From Octopus vulgaris (Eukaryota): DNA of 64,000 nucleotides. A program made the translations under genes and the position numbers. Shown in pieces: positions 38,653 to 55,118 of the stretch (its first letter is position 1; each line of letters opens with the position of its first letter). The DNA is taken from assembly GCA_951406725.2 (NCBI GenBank), contig OX597815.1, positions 74,586,001 to 74,650,000 of the forward strand, in the 5' to 3' direction. The notes under the pieces were generated by a model. It saw only the letters and a program-made list of their open reading frames with translations. It made no database searches and had not been told where the DNA came from.

Positions 38653-39840
38653 AATCACAGTTATAACGGAGAGGGTTGCAAAAACCCTTACATATCTAGA
38701 AATAGCAGTCAAAACCGCTGCAAAGTCTCTATATAACACTTATATTTTATATTTTCATGATAAAGCTGTCGGCGGGCGACATGACATGAAATTCAAAACT
38801 TAAATAAAAGGTTAATTCTCTATCGCAATTTCGAAGTTAGGAACTAGAATAGTTCCACTCTTCTCTTCAAGAGAACATTCCTGTAGCTTCAAATTAACAT
38901 TAAAATATATACCTTGGGGCTTACATGTGTTCCGACAGGCAAGAATAATGTGCCAACCTCTATCTCCTCATTCAAATTCTGAATTCCAATGACATGCACA
39001 GCGTTTATAAGAAAAGACCAGTAAATCGAGCCACGGCGATACACCGGATATGAGTGAAAAATTAAATAATTAATGAGGAATGTAAAAATACATTAGGAAG
39101 GATATATCATAAACAATTCATAACTATTTACGAGTATATCAATGGCCAAACATGTAATCAAAAAATTTCATAAAAGAAGTGTGTATAATTATGAATAAAT
39201 CACAATTATAACATAGAGGGTTGCAAGAACCCTTACATGTCTAGGAATAGCTGTTAAAACCGCAATAAAGCCACTATAAACACTCATATTTGATCTCTTC
39301 CCAATCTATAGGAATGTTCTCCTGAAGAGAAGAGTTCCTAACTTCGAAATTGCAATAGAGAATTAACCCTTTATGTAAGTTTTGAATTTTATGTCGTGTC
39401 GCCCGCCGACAGTTTTATTTTGAAGGGATAAAATATGTGTTTATAGTGGCTTTATAACCGTTTTGACTGCTATTTCTAGACATGTAAGGGTTTTTGAAAC
39501 CCTCTCCGTTATAGTTTTGATTTATTCATAATTATACACACTTCTATTATGAAATCTTTTGATTACATATTTGGCCATTGATATATTCGTAAATAAATAA
39601 ATCCTCCTTAGAAAGAACTAGAAGGGATCTACATAAATTCTTCTCTAACCTAAACCTATCTATCACATTCGAAAACGCTCACAAAACTGCTAACCTTCTT
39701 GACGAAACTTTAAACTTATCAACCTCCCAATACTCGCCTTACTACAAACCTAACCAATACTTTAAATACCTTAACATTTACTCCAATCACCACAAATCCA
39801 CTTTCAATAACATAATCAAAGGCATCTCAACCCGATTTTT
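38650..39840. mobile_element. Penelope-like element: direct and inverted terminal repeats plus RT C-terminal fragment
   Basis: 38650-38885 and 39125-39300 recur inverted at 39306-39595. ~39600-39835 (+) translates SSLERTRRDLHKFF...NLLDETLNL...YSPYYKPN..YLNIYSNH..IIKGISTR, the PLE NFLD..L / PY.KPN / SNHP region. Confidence 0.8.
39317..39362 (+). ncRNA. Minimal type-I hammerhead ribozyme motif in a PLE terminal repeat
   Basis: TTCTC-CTGAAGA-GAAG(agttcctaa)CTTC-GAAA-TTGCAA-TA|GAGAA: perfect stems I and II, palindromic stem III (ATTGCAAT). Confidence 0.82.
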
Positions 39841-40105
39841 TTTCCGTCCTTGTTTTCGTATACATTCGCTGCTTTCTTCCAAGGAATCTAATGCTCTTAG
39901 CTTAGTTTTTCCTTGGGGCTGGCCAGATTGGAGCAATCTCGAGTATAACCAGCCGAAATTGCAAAAATAATCTGGAACTCGACTGAGGAAAGAAAACTCC
40001 GAATCATCAGTCCTTGTTTTCTTTGTATCGTCTATCTGGATGCTTTGTTGTCCCTTTTATGTATCACCTAACTGTCTGGATGTTTTGCGTTCTTGTCCTA
40101 TTTTG

Positions 40106-40169
<64 letters not shown>

Positions 40170-41531
40170 GGCGCAAGCGTGGCTGTGGCAAGAAGCTTGC
40201 TTCTCAACTGCATAGTTCTAGATTCTATCCCACTACATGGCACCTTGGGCTGGTGTCTTCTATTCTACTATAGCCTCGGGCCGACCAAAGCCTTGTGAGT
40301 GGATTTGTTTGGACGGAAACTGAAGGAAGCTCGTCGTGTTCGGATTGTCCTTGCACAGGGACCATCCGGATTCCCGTCTTCGACGTGAACAGGGATTAAT
40401 CTTCTCTCTTCGCTCCTTTGCTCCACATGGTCTTAACTTTCCTCCCCTCTCCTCTCTTGCTCCGACTCCTACTTCTCTTCACTCCTACCCACTTCCATTC
40501 CCCCTCTCCCTTCATCGTCACCCCTCCCCGTAACCCCGCCCTACCCAATCCAACCCAACATTCCCTATCCATCCCATCCCACCCCCATCCCATCCCTTAC
40601 ACTCAATCCCACATACCCCACCTCTACCCCCACTCTCAGTCTAACCCACACCCCTCCCTTACTTTCCCTACTCTCGCCACCCCCACATCACATCACACCA
40701 CCACGCACACACTGGCACTGACCACTTCCCAGCCCTACACCACCATCATCCACATACCTACACGTGCACATGCACACGTCAAGGTCACCAGCCCTCTTCC
40801 TCACGCATATACATGCTCTCTTATACACACTCACGCGCACCTTTGTTTTGAGATCACCGCTACCTTATTATCTCCCCTTCTTCCTATCTCACATGTGTGA
40901 CCCCTCTGTCCGGCATTCAACATGATAGATCGCTAGCCACTACACATTCTTGATTTTCTCTCCCTGCTTCTTTCTATGCTCCTTTCTGTGGAAGAGCTTA
41001 GGCTCGAAACGTTAAAGACTTTTTCACTTCCCGAGCGTTAAACTAATACATCTGTTTGTTGTCTACACCACCTGCCTTCGTCTTTTGTTTTTTGTGAATT
41101 CTCCCTAAATATATATATGTGTGTGTATGTATGTATGTATGTATGTATGTATGTCTGTGTTTGTGTGTGTGTGTTTGTGTCCGTGTTTGTCCCACCGTCA
41201 CTGCTTGACAACCGGTGTGCTTACGTACCCGTAGTATAGCGGTTCGGCAAAAGTGAACGATAGAATAAGTACCAGGCTTAAAAAATAACAGTGTTGGAGT
41301 CGTTTCATTCGACTAAAATACCTCAAGGTGGTGCTATGGCCGCAGTCTAATGACTGAAATAAGTAAAAGAATATATGCACACATACATACATACATACAT
41401 ACATACATACATAATATATACATACATAATACATACATACATACATATTCCTTCTTTCCTGAGCGTCCAATAATACTATATTTGTTCCACGTCCTCGCGT
41501 TGTGTTTTTTTGTGCTTTCTTGTTTGGATTA

Positions 41532-41612
<81 letters not shown>

Positions 41613-41870
41613 ATAGAAATGGCAAGACAACAAAAGAATGAAAGAGACCTTGATATTATGTAAATAGAGGAATTTATCTGTAAATATGTGACAATTATTC
41701 GGTAGCCATGATAAAACTCCGAGTTTCGTATGTCGGGGCGGAAACCCAGGCCGGCATCTCTTCAGTATTCGGCCCGGCTCAATAACCGAAGAGATGCTGG
41801 CGTGGGTTCCCGCCCCGACATCCGAAACTCGGAGTTTTATCATGGCTACCGAATAATTGTCATATATTAT

Positions 41871-41909
<39 letters not shown>

Positions 41910-42454
41910 AAGGCATTCGTCAACCCGGAGCTTTAGTATAAGACTACGTGACTCTCAAAGAATGAACTTCGTAAATACTGCATTTGCTTTTGTTATCCCA
42001 CTTAATACCCTGACTCATCAAGGAAGGAAAAAACAAAAAAGAAAATACAACGAGTGAATAAGTGAATGTTCGATTTTTTGAGAAAATTTTATTTCGTCAT
42101 TTTTAGCTACTAATAAGGAAGTAAATTACTTAAATAAAACAGCTTTTATTTTATCAAGCTCGGTTAGTGTTTCCCAAAGCATAATCATTCTATTGTCTTT
42201 TACGCTTTCTATGCCAGGGAAAAGCTGTTCTGAATCTCAACAACTTGTTCTCCCAAAAGTTCTGCAGACTCCTTAAGCCGATCTAAATCTCTAACCCATT
42301 CGGTTCGGCCTAAGTAAATTGTTAAGTTTATAGATAATAATCTATAACCTTAACAGGTTCCGATTCCGGTTCATAAACATAGTCATTTCCTGGGACTCGA
42401 ATCTGTATTATAAAGAGTCACGCTGTCAGGTTCACACACAGAGTACAGCCAGTT

Positions 42455-42877
42455 GGGATCTTTTCGGTTTGAACGGCAGTTTTTAAAAATAATTTCCACG
42501 TAACTAAACACTTTTAAACTTCGTATACTGGTAGAATGTGTTTATAAAACATCTTTTCTCTTGGCTTTATTGAGAAAATTCTATAGTTTGTAAGATATTT
42601 GTTGTTGTTTTTTCTTCAATTTCTGCAATTTCAACCAATCAATGACGTCTATTGAGGTAAAAAAAAACATTCTGTGCTGTATGAATATGTCCGTCGTTTA
42701 AGAAACAGATTGGGTTTATTTACATTTGTGAAGAAAAAAAGATACCCTTCCCCCCACCCCTAACCCTAACCCTAAAACAGATTGAAATGCAATAGATCGA
42801 TACTAGGGTCATAATTATGGGTGACAATTTCATATGACACTGCTAGAAAAAACTGCCGTTCAAACCGTAAAGATCCC
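42455..42877. mobile_element. MITE with 30-bp TIRs, 5-bp TSD and internal (CCCTAA)3
   Basis: TIR GGGATCTTTWCGGTTTGAACGGCAGTTTTT with one mismatch; TSD CAGTT at 42450-42454 and 42878-42882. Confidence 0.9.
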
Positions 42878-43806
42878 CAGTTGCCACTTACCAGCGAGTA
42901 CGGCTCTGTAGCATCTGCCAATATTTTAGGTGTTTGTAAGGCGGCGAGCTGGCTGAATTGTTAACACGCCAGGCAAACTGCTTAGCGGCATTACATCTGT
43001 CTTTACGTTCTGAGTTCAAATCCCGCCGACGTTGACTTTGCCTTTCATCCTTTCGTGGTGGATAAAATGAGTACCAGTTGAGCACGGGGTTCGATGTAAT
43101 CGACTTACCCACTTCCAAAATTTCTGGCCGGGAGTCAAAATTTGAAACCAATATTTTTAGGTGTTTTTCTATTGGCGAACAGCCATACACATTCTCTCGG
43201 GAGATTCAGGATGTGACAGGTGGAGTTAGAGAGGGCTGCAACAGCACCTGACAGGTACTTATTATAGCTGAACAGAAGACACACCGTGCCACCCGGTTCA
43301 GGAACTGAAACCTCGATTTTCGTAGGGTCATAGACGGAACACCCTTACCATTAGGCCGTGCGCTTTCACGTAAACACACCTATGTGCATGCACTTATATG
43401 TATCTGTTGCGCATGTGCGTGTGTGTGTTTGTGTGTGTGTGTGTATGGAGACTCATAATTCATTGTTTTAGGGTAAATATATCGAGGGTTAATCTGCCGT
43501 AATATCGACATTTTATTTCCCCTGATATCTTCTCTTCATATCTCGCTAACAACTTCAAGATTGATGTGAAAACAGTCGAGAAGAGAAAATAAGTAAAGCA
43601 ACCGCATATTATAACAACCCCAAACAAAATGCCGTATTTGTATCTAAGGCCCATTTTACAAAAAAAAAAAAAAAGTCTCCAAAAATTTCCCCGGTTCTAT
43701 ATGCAAAGTTAGGCCTTCCATAAGCTTTTAATGCACTAAAAATTTATTTCCTGAATATGCACTACAGCGATCCCTCGCTACTTCGCGGTTCAACTATCGC
43801 GGATTT

Positions 43807-43856
<50 letters not shown>

Positions 43857-44847
43857 CGCCTAAAATTTTTCATTAAATCCATTAAAATATTAATAATAAA
43901 TATTATTTTCAAGTCTAGGAACTACAAAACAAGCATAAAATAGCAAAAAGCATATACAAGGGTATTCGAACTTAAGACGGCCTGTGATTGGTGCAATGGA
44001 GAGAGACGACGAATCTCAGCTTTCTATTTTGTAATCTGGCCTGTGTAACAGTAACAATCTTTATTTTTTAAAATCTAAAGTGTTATTGCTTAACAGTTGT
44101 CCTTGTTATTAATAGACTACTGTAATGGGTGAGATAGTCATAGCTGGAATGTCTTTGATTATAGATCTGCTCACCAAGACAATTACAAAGATTCTAATCA
44201 ATAACAACAACTATAATGATAAACTGTTCTCTTCTGATTATAACTCCAATTTGTCAAAGCTGCTACCTGACTTTTATATTGATATTACATCACAAAGTAG
44301 GCGCGATGAACTCTCTAAACAAAGTCTAGAATGTCTTGTCTTTGCTTTTTAGCAAAACATATATATCACATACATGGCAAGTTTACTGAGGTCACCTGTA
44401 AAAGCCATTAATAAACTGTGAAGTGAATTCATTATTAATATTTGAAAAAGCATTAAGGTGGCGAGCGAGGAGAATCGTCAGCACGCCGGTAGAAATGCTT
44501 TTACTACATTTCGTCCGTCTTCATGTTCTGAGTTCAAATTTCGCCGAGGTCGACTTTGCCTTTCATCCTTTCGGGGTTGAAAAAATAATGACGAACACTC
44601 TTAATCGATTTTCGACACTTATTGGAGTCCCACCAAAGGTGTCTACATTACTTGAACCAACTCAGAGAAAACTTAATAAGCTGCAGTAAGCAACTTTTTG
44701 TACGTGCAGTCAGTCAATTGGGTAAGTGCTCAAATGGCGAGTTAAAAAAAATTGTTTTATTAATAGTTTCAAAAGTGTGTCTGATATCGAGAAACTGGAT
44801 ATCGGTTATTTTATTGTACGTATATATATATATAAATAAATAAATAA

Positions 44848-44923
<76 letters not shown>

Positions 44924-45878
44924 ATACAAAAAGAGGACAAGAACGCGAAATATCCAGACAGTTAGATGACACAAAAAAGGGACAACAAAACATCCAGACA
45001 GTTAGATGATAAGAAAAAGGGACGAGAAAAAACAAGGACGGATCATTCGGAGTTTTCTTTCGTCAGTCGAGTTCCAGAATGGATTTGCAGTTTCGGTTGG
45101 TTATACTCGAAACTGCTCCAATCTGGCCAGCCCCAACGAAAATCTAAGCTAAGAGCACTAGATTCCTTGAAAGAAAGCAGTGAATATATACGAAAACAAG
45201 ATTTCACTACTGTATACGTCTTCTCAACCTTTGGCACGCAGGTAATTTTCACTGACAATCAATCACAGAGGCCAAATATGCTTGAACATTGAGAAAATCT
45301 TCTCTGTTTTTGATTCAAGAAGTCAGACATTATACTTGTGAAAAAAGTAACACTACATTTTCATTACTCATGAAGTAAGTCACACAGCTAAAAGCATAAC
45401 ACTTTTTACGAAATATTAGGCTTCACAGACTGATGACTTTTTTTACGGCAATCATTTGTAATCGTCGATTATTACAAAGATGGGTTAAGCAAAAATTATA
45501 AGATCAAAAAATTTCAAAATGGACGAGTATTCTTAGAGGACAAATTTTATCTGTCAAACAGTTTGATACCATCCCCTGGTCTTTGGGTTCCATTAGGGGT
45601 ATTTATTTCGCAACAACCTTATCTCACTATTACTTAAAACATCATGAATGCTTTAAAAAGAGTCAAAAGGGCTTGTCACATAGATGTTATCCTTCCTTCT
45701 CTGAGTTTAAAAGAACCCCTTGATGTAATGGTATTTAAATAGAAGTGTGAGATAACCAACAAGAGGCAATAACGCATTTAGGTTGGTAGCCAGGTTCACT
45801 AACCTTTACGTTAATCACTTCATCAAATTAAAATATTTAAAATTGGATTTATTATTTTTTATTTTTCATTTATTTAAG

Positions 45879-46070
45879 GATGTAATTAAAGAATTTGAAC
45901 ACAATCTTCGCGATCTTGTTTCGGCATTTACTGAAGGCTTCCAGGGTCTTCTAGCTAACTGCCGGGACCTTGAAAGTCAGCACCACGAGAAAGTGATGGA
46001 AGTTGCATTGATAAACGTAGAAACCGCACACAAGAACGAGGTTGAGGATGTGTCAGAAGATTTAAGAAAT
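45879..46070 (+). CDS. DRC3: DRC3 penultimate coding exon
   Basis: T-rich tract plus AAG acceptor, GTATGA donor; 192 nt. DVIKEFEHNLRDLVSAF...CRDLESQHHEK...SEDLRN matches the DRC3 CRDLE.HHEK motif. Confidence 0.94.
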
Positions 46071-46149
46071 GTATGATTAATCTCTTTAACTTTCTCTTTT
46101 AATTTGGTAGAATGTTCCACTAATATTCCTTGTGTTTTCAATTACAGGA

Positions 46150-49900
<3,751 letters not shown>

Positions 49901-50138
49901 TGTTGGTATCAGTGATGGTATTGTTATCAATTTCAGTCATGATCGTACTAGCGAAATTCTGCGTGAATAACGCTCTGTTGATAAGTAAAAGGTGTTTCTC
50001 TTGCTTGTAAATTTGTAATCCAGTTAAAGAAACCGGAGGTTTTGAAGCAGTTGTCCATAGTTATCTTCACACACACACACATGTATGTATGTATATCACT
50101 GTCTCATTTACTAATATTTATTCCTTTCTACCTTACAG

Positions 50139-50381
50139 TTATTTATGGATAAAGATACGCTGGTGAATGCGGTGACGACATCCCACGAGGCTCACTTACT
50201 AAAGATCGACCACGAAGAAGACAAAATGTCCCAACGAATTAAGTTGTGGGTAAAGAATTTGCTTAAGCGAATCCACGACGAAGAAGAAGTCCAACGGAAT
50301 CGTGATCGCATCATTGAAATCACTAACATGATCGATCATTTACGAGAAGCCATTGATAACTTGGAAGGAACAGTGGGCTAG
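50139..50381 (+). CDS. DRC3: DRC3 last coding exon with stop codon
   Basis: ccttaCAG acceptor. LFMDKDTLVNAVTTSHEAHLLKIDHEED...RNRDRIIEI...DNLEGTVG* matches the DRC3 C-terminus (DKDT.VNAV..SH..HLLKID). Confidence 0.95.
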   Translation, partial: LFMDKDTLVNAVTTSHEAHLLKIDHEEDKMSQRIKLWVKNLLKRIHDEEEVQRNRDRIIEITNMIDHLREAIDNLEGTVG

Positions 50382-50627
50382 AAATACTCATAGAGGATAA
50401 ACAACTGCGTCGCTTTATCGTCATACATAGCCATATAATTTTGATAAAAAGATAGCAATTTTTTTTTTAATATTTCATATTACTTGAACAAAAGCACAAC
50501 TGTATGTACGTATGCATGCAGGAATGTGTCTTTTCTCTTCTTTATATTTAGCTTTATATCTAGTAGCATTCTTTTTCTAACAAAGAAATGTGTATGTATA
50601 TATTCATATATGCATGCGTATCTACAT

Positions 50628-50687
<60 letters not shown>

Positions 50688-51789
50688 ATCTATACCCCTT
50701 TAATCTTTTTCTTGTTTCAGTGATTGGACTCTGGCGTTGCTGAGGTACCGCTTTGAAGGGTTTAGTCGAACAAATCGATCCCAGTACTTATTTTTTAAAG
50801 TCTGGTACTTATTCTGTTGGTCTTTTCTGTAGGACTATTAATTCACGGGGACGTTAAACAAACCAACTTCTTTTATCAAATGGTGACTGGTGACATCTAT
50901 GTATGTGTAAAGGTATGTAATGAGTAATGTGTGTAATATATGAATGTATGTATGTTTGTAATGTGTAGGGAAACCGAATGAAAGAGGCACTCAACACATT
51001 TAGTAGGAGTTACATATATTATTATTATTGTCATTATTATTATTATTATTATTATTATTTAAAAAGTTTGATTTGGTCGCATGCAACTTAAAGTTTCGTT
51101 GGCTTGTTAAAGGATCCTACAAAACTTTATGTTTTTAAATTATCTGTTTTTATATTATAATAATCTTTTCTACTAAAGGAACAAGGCCTGAAATTTGGTG
51201 GTGGTCGTCGTCATCGTGGGGGGATTAGTCGATTACATCGACCCCAGTGTTTCACTGGTACTTAATTTATGGACCCCGAAAGGATGAACTGCAAAGTCGA
51301 CCTCGGTGGAATTGGAACTCAGAACGTAGCGACGGGCGAAATCCCACTAAGCATTTCGTCCAGCTTGCTAAAGATTCTGCCGGCTCGCTGCCTTTCCTTT
51401 CTACTAAAAGCACAAGGCCTGAAATTTGGTGGTGGTGGGGGGGACTAGTCGATTACATCGCCCCCAGTGTTTCACTGGTACTTGATTTATCGACTCCCGA
51501 AAGGATGAGAGGCAAAGTTGACCTTGACGGAATTTGAACTCAGAACGTAAAGATGTAGGAAATACTGCTAAGCATTTTTCCTGGTGCGCTAACGATTCTG
51601 CCAGCTGGCCATCTTACACCTCTCCCCCTCCCCTTCCCCCTCCTCCTCCTCCTCCTACTACTACTACCACCACCACCACCACTACTACTGCTACTGCTGC
51701 TGCTGATAATAACAAGAGTCCTTTCTACTATAGGCACAAGGCTAGAAATTGTGACCTTTTGAGCGGGATGAGCTACTCGACCTGAAGAA

Positions 51790-51990
51790 AATTCTAACTG
51801 GGCCCCACCGGTATGGTAATACGCTGTTTATCTTCATGTAAGATCACCGTGTCGCGCACATGTGGTTATGATGCATGTGCCTGGTGTACCCTTATCAGTC
51901 GGGTAGTCATGATGGCAGTATTGAGCTTCGTATATTTTACCCCAGTGTCACTTTGATGGCATGCACTTCTCTATCACTCAATAATAATTA
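51790..51990 (+). mobile_element. Retroelement 3' tail with (AAT)n end (also ~63915-64000, inverted ~28815-28920)
   Basis: Shared TTTTACCCCAGTGTCACTTTGATGGCAT...CACTCAATAATAAT. Confidence 0.65.
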
Positions 51991-52502
51991 TAATGATAAT
52001 AATTATCCCTGTCTTAATATTAGTTAATATAAATATCTATAGAGACTGCAATATATGGTTGTGTGGTAAGGTGTTTGCTCCCCAACCATGTGGTTTCGGG
52101 TTCAATTCCACTGCATTGCACTTTAGGCAAGTGCCTTTTACTGTAGCCACGTAGCAACCAAAAGCTTTATGCGTAGATTTGGTAGACATAAACTGAAAGA
52201 AGCCTGTCGTGTGTGCCTGTGTGTATATATGTGTAGACATATATGTGTGTGTGTGCATGTGTGGGTACACGTGTATGTTCGTCTTCCATCGCATTGCAAC
52301 TAGTGCTGGTTCGTTTACAAGATCGCAGTTCAGCAGTTCGGCAAAACATGCCTATAGAATAAGTACCTGACATGCCTATATAACAGGTACCTATAGAATA
52401 GAATAGGTGCCTAAAAAGGAAAGAAAGAAGTACTCTGGACGATTTGATTGACGAAAGCCTTCTAGAAGGCATCCTAGTTCCAGTCAAATGATTGAAACAA
52501 GT

Positions 52503-52539
<37 letters not shown>

Positions 52540-52947
52540 GTAAGTATATATATATATATATATAGCTGAATGGTAGATGTGACCATGAAGTTCCGGCAAC
52601 CTGTTGAATTACTTTTCTTTATTTGTGTTAATTTGGGAATATACAGTTGTACAGCGCTCAACACATATTGATGAAAACAATGTAAATATAATTTTGCGTG
52701 CAAAAAAATTAATAACAGTACACGAAGAAAGTTACGAAATCGTTGTAATCATATGGAACTGATAAGAAAAAATAAATCTATTTTCACATCTCACACCTCC
52801 TTATATATAAATATATATACACACATATACCGGAGTAAGCACATAAATGTGAAACAAGATGGAAAAAAAATAGTACTCGAATACCAGAGGTAGAGTAATA
52901 TGCTTTATTAAAAAGCACTTTCACGTTCCCGTTCGTCGGGCAGTTTT

Positions 52948-53037
<90 letters not shown>

Positions 53038-53294
53038 TGTTCAAAGGAATTCCAACTCTGTTTTTTATGTTTTATTTATATTCTTTATAATATTAATGTA
53101 GACTATAGAATATATAGTATAAATAGTATATATAGTGTATAGTATATATATACTATTTATACTATATATTCTATATTCTACATTAAATATTATAAAGAAT
53201 ATAAATAAAACACAAAAAACAGACAGAAATGGAATTCCTTTGAATAATATATATCCCTCTATACACAATCATATAAACCCCTTTATATATATAT

Positions 53295-53331
<37 letters not shown>

Positions 53332-53819
53332 ATATAAATAGATGAGTGTATTTTTACCTTGTTAACAATTAACACGGAAAAAATAAATAAATAGTTACCA
53401 GGGCAGCAAATGTGTCGAAAGTAAAAATATTTGATTACACCTGCGTTAACTCCATTTCTTATTCATATATATATATATATATATATATATAAAGGGGTTT
53501 GTATGATTGTGTATAGAGGGATATATATTATTCAAAGGAATTCCATTTCTGTCTGTTTTCTGTCCTTTTCCTATGTTTCTGGCTAAGAACTCCGCTCGAA
53601 ACGTTAAAACCCTCCTTCTTTCCTGAGCGTCCAATAACACTATACTTGTTCCACGTCCTCGCGTTGTTGTGTTTTCAATTTTGGATTAACTTTATATATA
53701 TATATATATATATATATAAAGTTAATCCATATATATAAAGTTAATCCAAAATTGAAAACACAACAACGCGAGGACGTGGAACAAGTATAGTGTTATTGGA
53801 CGCTCAGGAAAGAAGGAGG

Positions 53820-53855
53820 GTTTTAACGTTTCGAGCGGAGCTCTTCGTCAGAAAC
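53820..53855 (-). ncRNA. Minimal hammerhead-like motif in a palindromic PLE repeat
   Basis: Minus strand GTTT-CTGACGA-a-GAGC(tcc)GCTC-GAAA-cgt-TA|AAAC; a degenerate inverted partner lies at ~53576-53611. Confidence 0.6.
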
Positions 53856-54439
53856 ATAGGAAAAGGAAAGATCCAAAGAAGGGAAGACGAAGGAAAAAAT
53901 CGCCAACAGTACACACGCGGTGCCAAGAGAAATAAAGGGCAGTGGGAAGAGGGCAGTGCTATGGACATGGTTAACTTAGACAAATACTAGTACGTTAAAT
54001 ATCTTGCAGTAAAAATTATTGATTTATTAAAATTATTCTCTAGAGGGTGTATCAAAGTTACTAAATGGCAATTATGACCAGATTCAATCGAAAAGGGGAG
54101 ATAATATGAAAAGTTAAGAATTTTCTCTAAAATTTATATACCAATAAAGAAAGGGACAGGCTTATTGTTGCAATGTATTTAACTTATTCCTATTTGTATA
54201 AGCTTTACAGGTGCATGCCATTTGTCACTTTAATTTATTTCCTTTGACTCATGTTTTTACAAATTACGCAATTTACCAAGAGCATTACTGTTTTCTACTT
54301 TGTTTTGATAAGTCTAAGTCCTTTGGTTACTGGAGATTAGCTCGGATGATTCCAGTTCTGAAGAAAGCTATTGAGCCAGAAACATGTGTCCACGACGGTT
54401 CTACTATCTCCAGGCAATAAGCCTGCCTTTCCTTGAAGG

Positions 54440-54750
54440 TATGTCAGTTTCGGAGAATACTTGAATTTTGAGCTTAGTTCGTTTTGTCAGTCACGAGCAA
54501 TTATGATCCGTCCTCTGGATGTAGTATAATATTAAAAACTTTTAATAAATCAAAAATTTTTTATTGTAAGGTATATGGCTGGTTCTCGATCAGTTTTGAT
54601 CGAGTATTCAGTTATTCGACTGAACTGAACCTTGAATTATGGTACATAGGCGTAATTTTGACGTGTTTCTTAGGCAGAGTCTGTATGACAGGGCTTTACG
54701 TTGTGAATTAAAGGTTTCTATATAGTTTACGTCTATCCTACAAAATATGG
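54440..54750 (-). mobile_element. Degenerate PLE GIY-YIG endonuclease fragment
   Basis: Frameshifted minus-strand translation YRLCLRNTSKLRL..HNSRF, PYTLQ*KIF and NELSSKFKY resembles PLE YIG..FK.R..NH..SF / Y.I.W.I / R.EL.SKCRH. Confidence 0.5.
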
Positions 54751-55057
54751 GTCAACTCAAAATCGCTCAATATGCCACACAGTGGGATCGGATCCTGGAC
54801 CTCATGGTTGCACGTGCGCATGTATGAGTGAATAAACAAATGAAAGAAAGTAACACTCAACACGTTTCATTTGAGTTGCATGAATGAAATAACTATTTAA
54901 CTCACGTGACTCAAAGTTTTGTAAGAAAACGCCTGTGTCATCAGATGTTCAAATGTCGGATGAGACAGACGGCTTTTACGCACCCACGAAATTTTAAAGT
55001 CATATGAAGGTGAATCAAAGTGTTTTTAAATACTTATATACATTCATATATATACAT

Positions 55058-55118
<61 letters not shown>

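Noticed and set aside
42758-42775. Telomere or chromosome-fusion relic
   Set aside because: Only three CCCTAA units, inside a MITE.
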